DNA of 64,000 nt, taken from Octopus vulgaris (lineage: Eukaryota). Numbering within the stretch: the first letter of the stretch is position 1; every line of letters begins with the position of its first letter. Shown here piece after piece: positions 27,934 through 40,992 of the stretch. The notes below the pieces were generated by a model. That model was not told the origin of the DNA, searched no databases, and saw nothing but the letters and a program-made list of their open reading frames with translations. Made by a program: the position numbers and the translations under genes. The stretch spans positions 73,222,001-73,286,000 of the forward strand of contig OX597817.1 of NCBI GenBank assembly GCA_951406725.2, given 5' to 3'.

Positions 27934-28272
27934 AAAAATATTTGATTACACCTGCGTTAACTCCATTTTTTATTCATATTATTCAAAATATTCAACGTAA
28001 ACACGAAGTTTCTACCTTTATAAACAAGGAGTTACAACACCTTTACTTGTGAGATTTTTGCTGCCCTGGTAACTATTTATTAATTTTTTCCGTGTTAATT
28101 GTTAACAAGGTAAAAATACACTCATCTATTTTATATATATATATATATATAATAATATTAAGGAATGGCCTTAATAGGCCATTCAACTCACTAAAACAAG
28201 CAGCTAAACTCAAATCGCTAAATAGTAGTAATTCAGAAATCAAAGGAAAATTAAAAACATTTATCCGAATCA

Positions 28273-28385
28273 TCTTTGGACTATGCATAGTTTCGACGTA
28301 CTTTTTGGCAAACCAGCCTAATTAAATTAAATTAAATTAAATTAAATCAAGTCAATTTACCACTGGCCCGTCTCATCGGCAAAGA
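28273..28385 (-). ncRNA. Type I hammerhead motif with U4C core and long loop II
   Basis: UCUUUG-CCGAUGA-GACG-[about 70 nt]-CGUC-GAAAC-UAUGCAUA-GUC-CAAAGA; 6-bp stem I; 12-nt palindromic stem III. Confidence 0.7.
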
Positions 28386-29349
28386 AGCCAGGAGGAATAA
28401 ATATTCCACGAGGCAACAGCATCGATGCCTCGGGAATATATACTCTAAATTTTCAAAATCTACCGTCATCGCGCCAACTTATCAGCAGCAAATATAAACT
28501 GCTGATTTAATTTCAGAATTAGCCAAAAAATCATTAATTAATCAATATAAGGGTAGCAAAAAATTCAATAGAAATTTTTTCGCCACCAGCGGTCTAGTAA
28601 GAAAGAAAAAAAAAATATATATGCATACACACACATACATACATATATATTTGGAATTTACAAAAGAAACGAACAAAAGACGAAGACGGGTGTATAAACA
28701 GCAAACAGGTTTATTAGTTTAACGCTCCGGACTTAGGAAAATTTATATAGGGAGTACTACTAATTTTAAAATTAGATTTAGGGGACACAAGAATTCATTT
28801 ATTCACCCCTATATAAAAAATTACAGACATTTTAGTATGTTGTAAGCATAAATATTTAGCGTCTTATAATTTTCTTAAACTTTAAAATATATTTTTTTAG
28901 AATATAAAAGCGTTTTGAAAGTACGGTCCAATTAGATCATTAGATCCAATGAACACTTATGCACAAACCTGTAATCTTAAATTATTTTTTTATAGTAGAG
29001 AGTGGAATATTCCCATTGGCTATTATTTGCATGATTAACTAAAGTTAACCTTTCAATGAATTTCATTTCTTATTTAAACGTGGTAATCCTCCTGAAAATT
29101 TGTCACTTATTCATCGGTACTCAAAAACTGAACTTTCACCAACTGAATACTCACCATGTAGTGCCTTAATGCTTTTTGCTGGATTTTACCTCGAGAAAGG
29201 AACCCTGAGGAAGGAGGGCTGAATTTCGAATACTTCGTACAACCACTTTTCTGAAACGGTTGCAGGTTAGGAAAAAAATTTTAATCGCCTCTTTCAATTT
29301 AGGTTTTTATTTTTCATGTTTATATTCGTATTTCATTGTTATGTTTATA

Positions 29350-29915
29350 TTGGGTTGTCCGGAAAGTTCGTTCCAATTTTTAAAGGAAAGTAAAGGTCAC
29401 TAAATACTTGCCATTACATTTTTAATGAACCAAATCTGAACCATTTCGTTGCACAATACGTCTCCATCTTTCCTTTACCTTGAAAATACCCTCTTCCCAG
29501 AATGGGGGTGGTTTCATGGCAAAGAATTCGTCAAGGTATCTTTTTACGTCATTTAAGGAATTGAAATTTTTATCATTAAGACTTTTCTGCATAGACCTGA
29601 ATAAGTGGAAATCCGAAGGAGCAATATCTGGGGAATAGGGAGGGTGGGGGTAACACATCCCAGCTGAGCTGCAGCAATTTTTGTCTGGTTCCCAAAGCAT
29701 CAAGTGCCGAAAATGAACTTTCTCATCTTTTATTTTAAAGGGTTACAGAATTAACATAGGTTACAGGAACATAAACCTTCTTCCACGAAAAGATAGCTTA
29801 AACTGTGCTCTAAATGGAGGTGTAGTCAAATCCTATTTTATGTACTCAAACATGTTCTAAAATAAGTCGAAAGATAAGCTACTATAAACCGGCACGAACT
29901 TTCCGGACAAGCCAA
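29350..29915 (-). mobile_element. Internally deleted mariner transposon
   Basis: TIRs TTGGGTTGTCCGGAAAGTTCGT / ACGAACTTTCCGGACAAGCCAA with TA on both sides; HPPYSPDIAPSDFHLFRSMQ motif. Confidence 0.9.
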
Positions 29916-30161
29916 TATTTCTATATTTTTATCATGAAACTCTTAACATATATATATGTATATTCGTATGGAATAATACCTCATGTGCTACATCTGAATT
30001 TTCTTGTCTGAATGTTTTAAGACAAATATCCGAAATTTTTATCGTATACCTCATTTTATTAATACTTAGCTCATATACGGAGACAAAAATGCTGTACTAT
30101 ATACTGCAGGTTATCTCCATTAAAATTCTCGTATATATACATTATATATATATAAAATACA

Positions 30162-30888
30162 CACTGGCGAAAATAAATTTAAGACCGATGATAAAAGTTC
30201 TATTTCTTACAAAATATTCTGTTACTAGTCCTTTGCCGATCTTTATATTGACCAGTCTCCGAGTATAACTTCCACGCTTGCACGCAAGCCGGTTTACTGC
30301 ACTTTAGTTGCTTGCTGATGTTCGAAAAGGAAACTTTTTGCAGTAATATACGATTCTTGCTCTCGTGACTGGACTAAGGCTACGTTGTTTTCCCATTATT
30401 AATAAATTGTATAATAACATTAAATTATAACTTTATATGGTGCATTTAGGCTCGTTGTGTGACCACCCATTTTGGCCAAAAAAATTGCATACATATTACA
30501 CGGTCTTAAACTAATTTTGCCGGTAAATTTGAAACGTTTATATTACGTTCTGAGTTCAAATTCTGCCGAGGTCGACTTGGCCTTTCATCCTTTCGAGGTT
30601 GATAAATTAAGTACCAGTCACGCACTGGGGTCGATGTAATCGACTTAATTCGCTTGTCTGTCCTTGTTTGTCCCCTCTATGTTTAACCACTTGTGGGCAG
30701 TAAAGAAATATATATTAATTTAGCATTAGAATTCTTCAAGTTGTATAAAAATTGTTTGCATCATTCGAAAGAGAAATAAATTTTGCATAAGGTGTAAAAG
30801 ATATAAATAATTTGTATGGTGTTAGTAACAAAATATTTTGTAAGAAATAGAACTTTTATCGTCGGTCTTAAATATATTTTCGCCGGTG
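30162..30888. mobile_element. MITE with about 65-bp TIRs, interrupted by a SINE B (30544-30710)
   Basis: CACTGGCGAAAATAAATTTAAGACCGATGATAAAAGTTCTATTTCTTACAAAATATT is inverted at 30822-30888. Confidence 0.8.
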
Positions 30889-30896
30889 TATATATC

Positions 30897-31975
30897 TCAG
30901 GTCATCCCATAAGTTATGTCCGAATTTTGGATAAAGAATCCAAGTGATCAAATGTTATATTTAATTGAAAGTTAATCATCAATGTACTTTCCCTGATTAT
31001 CTATGACTTACTTCCATCTATTTACAAGCGTTTTAATCCCATCAATGTAAAACTCTTTTGGTTTCAAAGCGAAGAACTCTGAAATGTCAGGTTCGACCTC
31101 CTCCTGGCTTGCGAAAGTTGTGTTACCCTAATAATTCTGTAAACTATGAAACAAATTGTATCCTGGAGGAGTAAAGTCGGGAGAATAAGTTGGATGAAGA
31201 AATTTTTCCAAACCGACCTATTCGATCTTCTGTGATGTGATCTTTGCAGCGTGGGGTTGCGCATTGTCCTGATGAAACATCACTCGTTTTCGACTCACTA
31301 AAGCGGCTCTTTTTTCCTTCAAAGCTTGGTTCAAACGCTTTAATTGCTGACAGTAGACTTGAGCATTGATTGTTGCATTAGGCGGTAACAATATAAAGTG
31401 AATTACACCTTTGCAATCGCACCAGATAGAGTAGAACCTTTTCCCCATGAAGTTCCCTTCTCGGTTGTGGTTGAGCATTTTCCCTTTCACCAAGCCACTG
31501 TTTACGACGTTTAATATTTCGATAGAAAATCTATTTTTCGTCACAAGTCTATCGAAAAAGGGTGAAATGAATTTGCGAGAATGGAGAGAAGAGCAGATGT
31601 CAACTCGGGATTTGCGGTTGCTTTCGGACAATGTATGAGGCACCTATTTTCCAAGTTTAGGAATCTTTCCACGTTGTTGAAGATGACGATGAACTGTTGT
31701 ATGGTTTGAAGTAAGCTTTATTGCCAATTCTTCAACTTGATAATGACGGATTTTCTTCAAGTAATGCCTCAAGGAACTTATCATCAAATTCAACTGGACA
31801 TCCTATTCGATCTTCATCTTCAATTTTGCAAACGATCTCCTGCAAGTTCTTTCATTCAAGCACTTTCCCATAAACTGAGTGTATGTTTCGAGTCACTTCG
31901 GCTGCAGAGTTACCTTTATTGTACTCATAAAGAATTATATGTGCCTTAAATGCTCCTTGGATACTTCCATGTTGA
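30897..31975 (-). mobile_element. Mariner transposase pseudogene
   Basis: VPHTLSE, SIWCDCKGVIHF, MFHQDNAQPH and YSPDF.P.GY.LF.SLQN remnants; TIR-like TCAGGTCATCCCATAAGTTATGTCCG at 30897. Confidence 0.85.
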
Positions 31976-31989
31976 AAGGGTTGTATTTT

Positions 31990-32345
31990 TTTTACTACCG
32001 TCGGGAAATTGATCAAGAAATTTAAAGAAACAGGCAGTGTTTTGGATAAACCTCGTTCCGGGCGACCAAAGACTTCAGATGAAACAAAAGAGGCTGTCAT
32101 GGCTAAAGTTTCTGCTAGCCCAAAGAAATCACTTCGTCGGACATCCACGGTGTTAGGTGTTCCAAAACCAACCATCCACAAAATGCTGGTTGAAGAAAAG
32201 TTTCATCGATACACCCTACAGATATTGCATCACTTAAATGAAGACGACCCTGATAGACGAATGTAGACGTGCGAATGGTTTTCAGATAAATTGGATGAAA
32301 ATATCAATTTTTACGAAAAACTTTGTTGTTCAGTGACAAAGCTAC
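31990..32345 (+). mobile_element. IS630/Tc1/mariner transposase N-terminal fragment (rosa/DD41D-like)
   Basis: KKFKETGSVLDKPRSGRPKTS...SPKKSLRRTS..LGVPKPTIHKML...LHHLNEDDPDRR. Confidence 0.75.
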
Positions 32346-33099
32346 GATGGTGACATCTGCGATGATTTTGTGACTATCTTATATTTTACAGAGAAATTGG
32401 AAGCCCCGAATGTAAGCCACCACTTTATGCATAATACAATATTTATAGTTCTCTATTTCTAACTCAAATTCTGTCCTCAATAATTATAGATCTCTATTTC
32501 TAAATGTAATTCTTTTTCTTCTCGTTCAGTTTATAACTATAACACGCATTCTTGTCTGTCTCTTGACAACGCTTTTTTTCTCCAGCGTTCACCACTTCAC
32601 CTCGTTAGGGTTAAACAGCCCTTACAGAATGTTTTCACTGTCCTGTTTTTGTTAGCAGCTTTGACGTTCCATGTATCTCAAATTTTATTTAATTTGCTTT
32701 GTGGGAGCAATTGCTTTGACGAAGACGCATCTTGTTGCACTGCTCGGAATGCGGAGTAGGTAAATCTGCCAACAATTGAGGAAGGGTTGTTTTTTTATGC
32801 TGCCTTCGCGCTATAGTTCTCAATATATAATGGGAATTCTTTCCACCCAACCCGACCCGACCCAACCCAACCCAACCCACAGGAATGAATCATTGCAAGC
32901 AAGTACAGGTGGAGTCCAAGTTATATCTTGATATCGCCAGTGATAACAATACTCAAAATATATAACAGACTGGAATTGTAGGCCCGTCTCTTGCAATTTC
33001 GATCAGTTGGATCTTGTCTTCCTTCTTGTATAGAAGTGTACGGCTGCAGCGAAATTCCTTTTTGGACTTTCTTCTATCGAAGGCATTTTAACAAAAAAT

Positions 33100-33805
33100 G
33101 CTTCCGTAAAGACGGTGAAAATATTGTCAATTTCCCCAAACAGGGACACAATTCAATTTTTAAACAATAATCAAAGCCCCTTCTCCGAAAGGGGGAGGGT
33201 TACGGTTTACAATCATTTAACAAATGCAACACAACAACGTTTCCCTGACGAGGAACCAACAAATGTGATTACAATAGTCAAACAGTAATAATAATAACAA
33301 ACCTTTTTAATTTATCCCCATTTACGTGAAACCACTTATTCAAGTTCAAGTCATTGATGCAATTTTATACGAATTGCTAATACACACATAACAAGGGTGA
33401 AAAATTGAATATTAATTTGATTAATATGAATTGAAAACCAGTGGTGTAGCATATAAGACCATAGCGGATCTTCTTCTAGCAAAATGGATGACCACTGTTA
33501 ATGGTTCATACCTGATATATAATACTTACACTTTAATAGTGAAAGTATTAAAGTAAATGTCTGCACTACAACAGAGAGATGTTTTAGTTTCACTTTTAAC
33601 ACGTAATACTGAAATAGTGGAGAAGATATGATATTGCTGTGGGGTCGCCCTTGGGAAAAAGTTAAAATTTTTTTGCCGATGACACTCCCGGACCTTAAGT
33701 AAGGCATGTGTAAAATTTGAATGAAATTGGTTGTGTAGTTCTCAAGTTTTAGGGAAACACACAGACAGACACACACACACATTCTCAGTTTTATATATAA
33801 AGAGA
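33100..33805 (-). mobile_element. Non-autonomous Helitron-like element end
   Basis: ...AAATTTGAATGAAATTGG...ACAGACAGACACACAC...TTTTATATATAAAGAG terminus typical of invertebrate non-autonomous Helitrons. Confidence 0.5.
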
Positions 33806-34551
33806 TTACAGTAAAGATGGAGGTGTATCTGATGTTATATTTATGCAAAATCTTCGACGTTTAGTAGGATACTTGCTTGTTTTCGGGTTTTTACTCCCTC
33901 ACTTTTCGGCATTGTGGGCTATTTCTACAAGATAAAACTTTCAGCCAACCACCCAACAATATCAAAATATTGAGTTATTCTGCAATAGCATTATCAATTA
34001 AAACACGAAATAGATTTCCTAAAGTAGGCCTCTTATAGTGAACCATCTCTCTCAAGTTGGTATCTTAAGTCGTGTTATCGTACACCTTTTTCTTCCTTGA
34101 CCTAGACTCCAAATGAGCATTCTTCAATTTCTGTCTCAAGAACTTTGGCTTCATTCCAGAACTTTTTCCAGTTGTTCTGCAACTTCTTCAAGTCTTCAAG
34201 GAGAGTTTTAATATTATATAATTCCACGTTTAATACTGCATCTCTGATTCGAATGACCTTTCTTCAAAAATACATTAAATGAATATTAAACCCAACAATC
34301 TATAAAAAAGCAACCGACATTAACACCCAAACAAAACTCTTCAGGTATGTTAATACTCCGTTTATTCCATTCCTTGTCTTGGTTGTTAAATTAAGATCTA
34401 AACGATCATGATATAATAACTCAATTCCGGTAAACTGAGTTGCAAAAAGTCTGATACTGTAGAAAAGTGAGGTAGACAAAAAAGAAAAGGATCGCACCTG
34501 TCAAGCTTACCAGTATCTAACAGCAATTTTGGAGTAATTTCTATCGTTTTC

Positions 34552-34962
34552 TTTTTACTTGTTTCAGTCATTTTGACTGCGGCCATGCTGGAGCACCGCC
34601 TTTAATCGAGCAACTCGATCCCGGGACTTATTCTTTGTAAGCCCAGTACTTATTCTATCGGTCTCTTTTGCCGAACCGCTAAGTGACGGGGACATAAACA
34701 CACCAGCATCGGTTGTCAAGCAATGCTAGGGAGACAAACACAGACACACAAACATACACGCACACACACACACATATATATATATATACATATATACGAC
34801 GGGCTTCTTTCAGTTTCCGTCTACCAAATCCACTTACAAGGCTTTGGTCGGCCCGAGGCTATAGTAGAAGACACTTGCCCAAGGTGCCACGCTGTAGGAC
34901 TGAACCCCGGAACCATGTGGTTGGTAAACAACCTACTAACCACACAGCCACTCCTGCGCCTA
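34552..34962 (-). mobile_element. SINE family A, full length
   Basis: Reverse complement of family A. Confidence 0.9.
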
Positions 34963-36169
34963 TATAGCCACTCTTGCGCCTATTTAAATTATAAATCGTT
35001 TAGTGATTTAAATTATAAATCATTTGAACCCTTCCAATATGGCATGGCTTCCGATATGCACTCTGCTGTGCCGTTTCCACCCAAATTAATAGTATGTCAA
35101 CAATGAAGTTCAAGGAAATTACAAAATGATATGACATCCATAGGCGCAATTTTTCTGGAGGGTTTCACTTCTTTACTTCTCCATTCTTATATTCTTTCTT
35201 CCTTTTAACTTTTAAGTTTTATCGCACTAGATTTAGGGTTTCTTCACCCTTAATCTTTAATACTACATTTGTAAGTTTTGTTTCTAAATTTCATTTCAAG
35301 CTATATTAAGTTCCTTAACCACCAATCTTCCATACGACTTCATTTATTTCTAAATGAATGGAGAATCGCTTTCTGCTTTTACGGTTTTCTACGTTACATA
35401 ATGTAATCTCGCCCCCTTAATTTACTTTTTGTTCCCTTATTACTCATCTTGGCCCTTCTAAATTAGTTATCGTTACTTTTTCTCCCTAACTATTTGAATC
35501 ATACACATTTTCACATAATATACCGCAAGTACAAAGGTCTGTTTCACTTCTTCACGCGTATCCATCATTATCGTTTTGTCTAGTGTTTTTCCATCGACTC
35601 TTTAGTTACACCTACAATTAGCCTTTTTCTTCTCGTTTTCGTTTCGTCTCACTGCTCCCTTAACCCTATTAAACATCCCGTCATCATCTTCAGCCTAGTC
35701 ATACCGCTGTGTAGCATTTCTTTCGTCAGGCTTCAATGTATTTGTAATAGCAGTGGACGTTTTCTTTCCTCATCACTCGAGTATTCGGTTTACACCTTTA
35801 ACTTACATCAAATACAGTACCAACAATTTTGTTCCACTATAACCCATTATACTTCACGCCTAATAACACTTCGTTTCCTTCTTTTCTGTCATTCAAGTAG
35901 TTACATTATTAACTCTACACCTTTCAAGATACGAGTTTTAATTAACTAATTTACTAATTAGTGAACAAATAAGTTGTTCGTTTACTTAATACTTAATCAT
36001 GCTAAAATTCCATCTTATTCTATTTCTTAGAGCACTTGTTCTAACAAATTCCTGAGTATTCTTTTTTTCTTTCCGTTTCATTAAAAAAATTTTTTACCTT
36101 TCCACCTTTCGTTAAAATTTTTTTTTACCTTTTCACCTTTCATTTATCAGTGAACCATTTCTTCCAGCT

Positions 36170-36475
36170 TGCAGCGTTGGGACGTTTGGAGGGGCTGAAC
36201 CACTAACTGAAGTTCTTGTCATCGTTGGCGGCTCTCCTTACCGAGATGTCAGGTGATGCCCGTGAGGGTGCTTGGCTGGTCCAACGCCTTAGCCTTGCCA
36301 TCGCCCCTTTAATAGGTTTCGTTGAACCTTGTGGTGTGCGACCAAGTGAAGCACTTACTATTGAATTGATGCTTTTTTCTTTTTTCTTCTTTTTTTCTCC
36401 CTTTTCTTTTTTTCTTTCTTTGCTCATGTTTGTGTTTTCGCTTTGTATTTGTATCTTAATGTGGTTTTATATTAC
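36170..36475 (+). mobile_element. CRE-like non-LTR retrotransposon 3' fragment
   Basis: LAALLTEMSGDAREGAWLVQRLSLAI resembles the CRE REL C-terminus (..GD.RE...L.QRLS.AIQ); ends in (AAT)n. Confidence 0.5.
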
Positions 36476-36496
36476 AATAATAATAATAATAATAAT

Positions 36497-36875
36497 TATG
36501 AAATTATGTATACAGTGCTCAGGTGCACCACAACTTGTCAGAAAGTGCGTATAAAGTATATGCAGTAATGTACAAATGTCTGGAAAGCGAACAATGTATG
36601 AGTCAGATACATGCTTGTGTGTGGATGGAGGGGAGAAAATCAGGTGTAGTGTTGGCGAATCTCAGGAAGCATAGAAGTTTTGAAGGATGTAGTGCTCCGA
36701 CAGCTAACAACTGATGCCGGCAGTTTGTTCCATGCTTCAGCAACTCTCAGCGTGAAAAAATGTTTCCTAAAGTCATGGGAGCTGTGCTGTTTTCTGACTT
36801 TGTAAATATGTCCACGGGTGTTAGACGGGTGGAGTTTGAAAAGGTGCTCAGAGTTATTGTTTGTAAGATGGTTTA
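36497..36875 (-). mobile_element. CR1-like LINE 3' end
   Basis: NTRGHIYKVRKQHSSHDFRKHFFTLRVAEAWNKLPASVV followed by 3' UTR and (ATT)n tail. Confidence 0.8.
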
Positions 36876-37331
36876 TAATAATATGTATCATATACATACG
36901 TGTTATATATGTAATTATTAAATTTCTTAAATTTTCTTCAAAAATTTATTCTCCTCCTTCCACTGCTCATGGGGTCGATGGTCAATGATATATGCTTTGA
37001 TGCACATTTTCTTACTCCCTTCTCACTCACTTATTTCTATGTTGCGATGTAACAAGCTCCAGTGGAATGCATATCAAACAACAGTCGTCCACGACAACTT
37101 TATTATTTTATCATTATCACAACTGCATAGCTGCTTGCCTTAGAAGTCTATTGTCAGAAACTTCTCTTTTCACCTACGACACACTACTACACTCCAAATT
37201 ATGTTTTTGCCCAAGCGTTTCATTTTTCATCAACATAATTGTCGTTGCTCTCACCATCAGCGTCATTATCATTATTGCTATTATTATTATTAGTAGTAGT
37301 ATTTGTTTCTTGATGTTCTTGCCAGTATTAG

Positions 37332-37443
37332 TTCTTCTTCTTCTTCTTCTTCTTCTTCTTCTTCTTCTTCTTCTTCTTCTTCTTCTTCTTCTTCTTCTTC
37401 TTCTTCTTCTTCTTCTTCTTCTTCTTCTTCTCATCATCATCAT
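37332..37443. repeat. (CTT)n/(CAT)n microsatellite
   Basis: Direct reading. Confidence 0.95.
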
Positions 37444-37750
37444 GCACCAAGAAGTCTATGAGATGTTTTCTCATGGCATCTGTCGCAGTATTCTGTGTTC
37501 TAACACAATGCCCACTTTTAAGTGGGGCTAAATGTCACCTCTTGGTATTAATACTGCTTCTGTCGCAATTGATTACCATGATGATGATGCAATTTTTGGT
37601 ATTGATACATGACGTTATACACCCCAAAACCTTTAGTAGAAAGGTTTATTGCTATTATTATTGAGGGAGAGAGCAGTGCATGCCCTCAAAGTGACACTGG
37701 GGTAAAATATACGAAGCCCAGTATACCCATCATCATCATTATCATTATTA

Positions 37751-37950
37751 AGGCGGTAAGGTGTCAGAATCGTTAGCTCTCCGGGCAAAATGCTTAGTGA
37801 CATTTCGTCCGTCTTTATGCTCTGAGTTCAAATTCCGCCGAGGTCGACTTTGCCTTTCATCCTTTCCGGGTCGATAAATTAAAAACCAGTGAAACACTGG
37901 GGTCGATGTAATCGACCAGTCCCCTCCCACCAAATTCCAGGCCTTGTGTC
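37751..37950 (+). mobile_element. SINE family B
   Basis: GGCGGTAAGGTGTCAGAATCGTTAG...GAGTTCAAATTCCGCCGAGGTCGAC. Confidence 0.8.
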
Positions 37951-37979
37951 TTTAGTAGAAAGGTTTATTGCTATTATTA

Positions 37980-38175
37980 TTGAGTGAGAGAGCAGTGCAT
38001 GCCATCAAAGTGACACGGGGGTAAAATATACGAATCCCAGTATACCCATCATGACTACCCGTCTGATAAGGGTACACCAGGCACATGCATCACAACCATA
38101 TATGCGTGACATGGTGATCTCATATCAAGATAAACAGCGCATGACCTTGCAGGTGGGGCCCAGTTAGAATTTTCG
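37980..38175. mobile_element. Interspersed repeat family E
   Basis: TGAGTGAGAGAGCAGTGCATGCCATCAAAGTGACAC...; longer copy at 52495-52970, short copy at 37660-37735. Confidence 0.7.
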
Positions 38176-38394
38176 GATCTTTTCGGTTTGAACGGCAGTT
38201 TTTAAAAATAATTTCCACGTAACTAAACACTTTTAAACTTCGTATACTGGTAGAATGTGTTCATAAAACATCTTTTTCTCTTGGCTTTATTGAGAAAATT
38301 CTATAGTTTGTAAGATATTTGTTGTTTTTTTTCTTCAATTTCTGCAATTTCAATCAATCAATGACGTCTATTGAGACGGGAAAAAAAAACAATG

Positions 38395-38478
<84 letters not shown>

Positions 38479-38728
38479 GGGTACGGTCGTTTATAAGCTC
38501 CAAGTAGTCAGTGACATGTACAGAGAGCAAAAAGTGGACAGTGTACAAGGAACAATAACAATTTATTGGCATCGGGAGTTACACGTTTTTTCCCATATCA
38601 AAGTTATGAGGAAATTCGATAAGCTGATAGTTTCTTTTTAGATCACGGTTAGCAACTAGTGTTGCTACAAATGCGAATGAAAATTCCAAATTGAGGGAGT
38701 GAAACGGGTAAAATGCAAGCTATATATC

Positions 38729-38760
<32 letters not shown>

Positions 38761-40753
38761 TGTATGTATGTATGTATGTATGTATGTATGTATGTATGCA
38801 TGCATGTATGCATGCATGTATGTATGCATGTATATATGCATGCATGCATGTATGTATGTATGCACGCACGCATGCATGTATTATGCATGACGGGCTTCTA
38901 TATGGTTTCCATCTACCAAATTTACTTGATAGAAGACACTTGTCCAAGGTGCCAAACATAGGGACTGAACTCAAAATCACATCGTTTGCATAGCGAGCTT
39001 CTTAATTCACACAACCATGTCTGGACGATGTCTGAAATAAAAGTCGAGATGAGTCAAGCCCTGAATACCGTTGGTCATAGACTTCCTTGATAAAATTGAT
39101 CTGGAGCGAAATAACAATAATTCAGCTGAATGGTTTATTCGCCAACGCCGTACAGGTAATCGTTCATCCACTCCACCCATGTGTCTTCTCACTTGTCACT
39201 TCTATTGATAATTATATGGTCTCTGTACCTTAGAATTAACAAAGTATAGAGCCAACAGACGAAACTCTACATGGTTAGTAGACCTGCTAAAAGTAGCAGT
39301 CAACTCTCCTTCAAATCATACCATATATTAAAAATGGAAGGACACATTTGGATAATGTAGTCTGAAAAGTATCCAATATCTAGAAATCAATGGATTGGAT
39401 GGATTATAGGCCTGTTCAGTTAAGGTTGATCTGGGATTAAACAATATCATTAACAACTTTATCCATGACTAATATTATGTTTCTCCTCCGAGTCCAAGAA
39501 CTAGAGGTGACAATCAAAATCACCGAAGTTATGGTAATAAATAAATAAGATAAAATAAGAAAGGAAAGAAGAAACTAAGGACTGATAGAAGAAAGAAACA
39601 ATTTGATAAAAGAAAGAAAGCAGGAAGACATGATGAAGGGAAAGAACGAAATAAGCGAAAACATGACAACAGAAGAAAAGAGAAGGAAGAAATGAAGAAA
39701 CAAAGTAAGGAAAATGGAAGAAAGAAATGAAGAAAGGATAAAAACGGAGAAAGAAGAAAGAAATCAAGAAACAACGGAAGTAGGAAACAAACAAGCGAAG
39801 AAACGAAGAACGAGAGAAAGAAAGGAAGAATTAAAAAAGTAATAAGAATAATTGAAATGGAAAGAAAAGGAAAAAGAAATTAGGCTGGTTTTAGCAGTTG
39901 AGATTTTCATTCAGAACATAATACTGAAATAGTTTGAGGTTTGTTATTATTGTGTAGTCCTTGGCAATCTCTGATCAAATATAACTTATTTATATAAGAC
40001 GTTACAACTATGACCATACTAATTTCATTAATTTAATAAAAATAATTTAAAACTCTATAATCACATGTAGCCTTTTTATTTCTCTCATAAGATGATAGGA
40101 TGCGGTTAGAGCGAAATTTGACGTCTGTTTTATCTATGTTGTTGTTTCTGAAACTCAAGGTAGGCGAATCGCGAGTGACGGCTTCACATGTCATCGCCCG
40201 GTCTGACAGAGTCTATCTTATGTATTCTTTATTTTTAAGACTGTGTAATGATATGAGAGAAATTTGACCTCTATTTCTAGCAGATTTGTTGGATCGTTAA
40301 AGGATTGGACAAAATGCCTCAGTAGTTGATTACGGCCTTTACGTTCTGAGTTCAAATTCTAGTAATGCTATCTTTACGTGCATCCTTCTTGGATCTATAA
40401 GAAATCAGTACTAATCAAGTCGAGTTAGTATTTTTATAAATCACTCTAAATTTAGATTCAGTTGCAATACATCACGACTTAGAGCCTCTATCACTTATTA
40501 AAAGTTGTCGAATATAGTCAGTCATAAACAACCACAATACAAAATGGAAGGGAGCATATAGAAACGGTATTCATCCAATTTACAAATAACCCATCATTTT
40601 ACGTAAGTGCCTTCTTTGTAAGATGAATTAAACTGAGTAAACTACTGTCTTACGGAATATTTCACAAACAAAAATCGGTACACCTTATATTGCTTGTAGA
40701 GTTTCGGGGGTGAGCCAATGAAGGAGCCTGTGATTACTTGGATATATTAAAAC

Positions 40754-40992
40754 CAAGGTTCTCAACCGGGATTCATATGTCCCTTAAGGGTCCATATAAG
40801 ATTTTGTTGTTAAAATTTATCTGCAATAAATTGGTTTTACTTCTTCAACACACAAAATATTTTAATAATTATTTTTGTACTCTTCCAAATAATATTTAAT
40901 TACGAAAACATAATAGGATTTTTACAAAACATCGAATGGCTATGAAGATCCATCCAAGTAAAATAGGTACAAAAAAAGATCTAGAAACACTG
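40754..40992. mobile_element. hAT-type MITE (diverged)
   Basis: CAAGGTTCTCAACC start and ...GAAACACTG end; homologous to 50561-50813. Confidence 0.6.

Larger units (their letters stand above)
27625..27977. repeat. Near-perfect inverted repeat (about 173-bp arms, 6-nt spacer TGGATC), probably inverted Penelope-like pseudo-LTRs
   Basis: Arms match base for base except one indel in an A/T run; each arm carries an HHR; lies next to (TA)n. Confidence 0.9.

Noticed and set aside
29195-29245. CUGAGGA...GAAUAC..GUA hammerhead-like string
   Set aside because: GAAA disrupted and stem I does not pair; too degenerate to call
34713-35106. Recurrent ORFs such as MSSNARET...RRHLPKVP (also 3574, 5025, 54596, 58984, 63101)
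   Set aside because: Incidental frames within SINE family A
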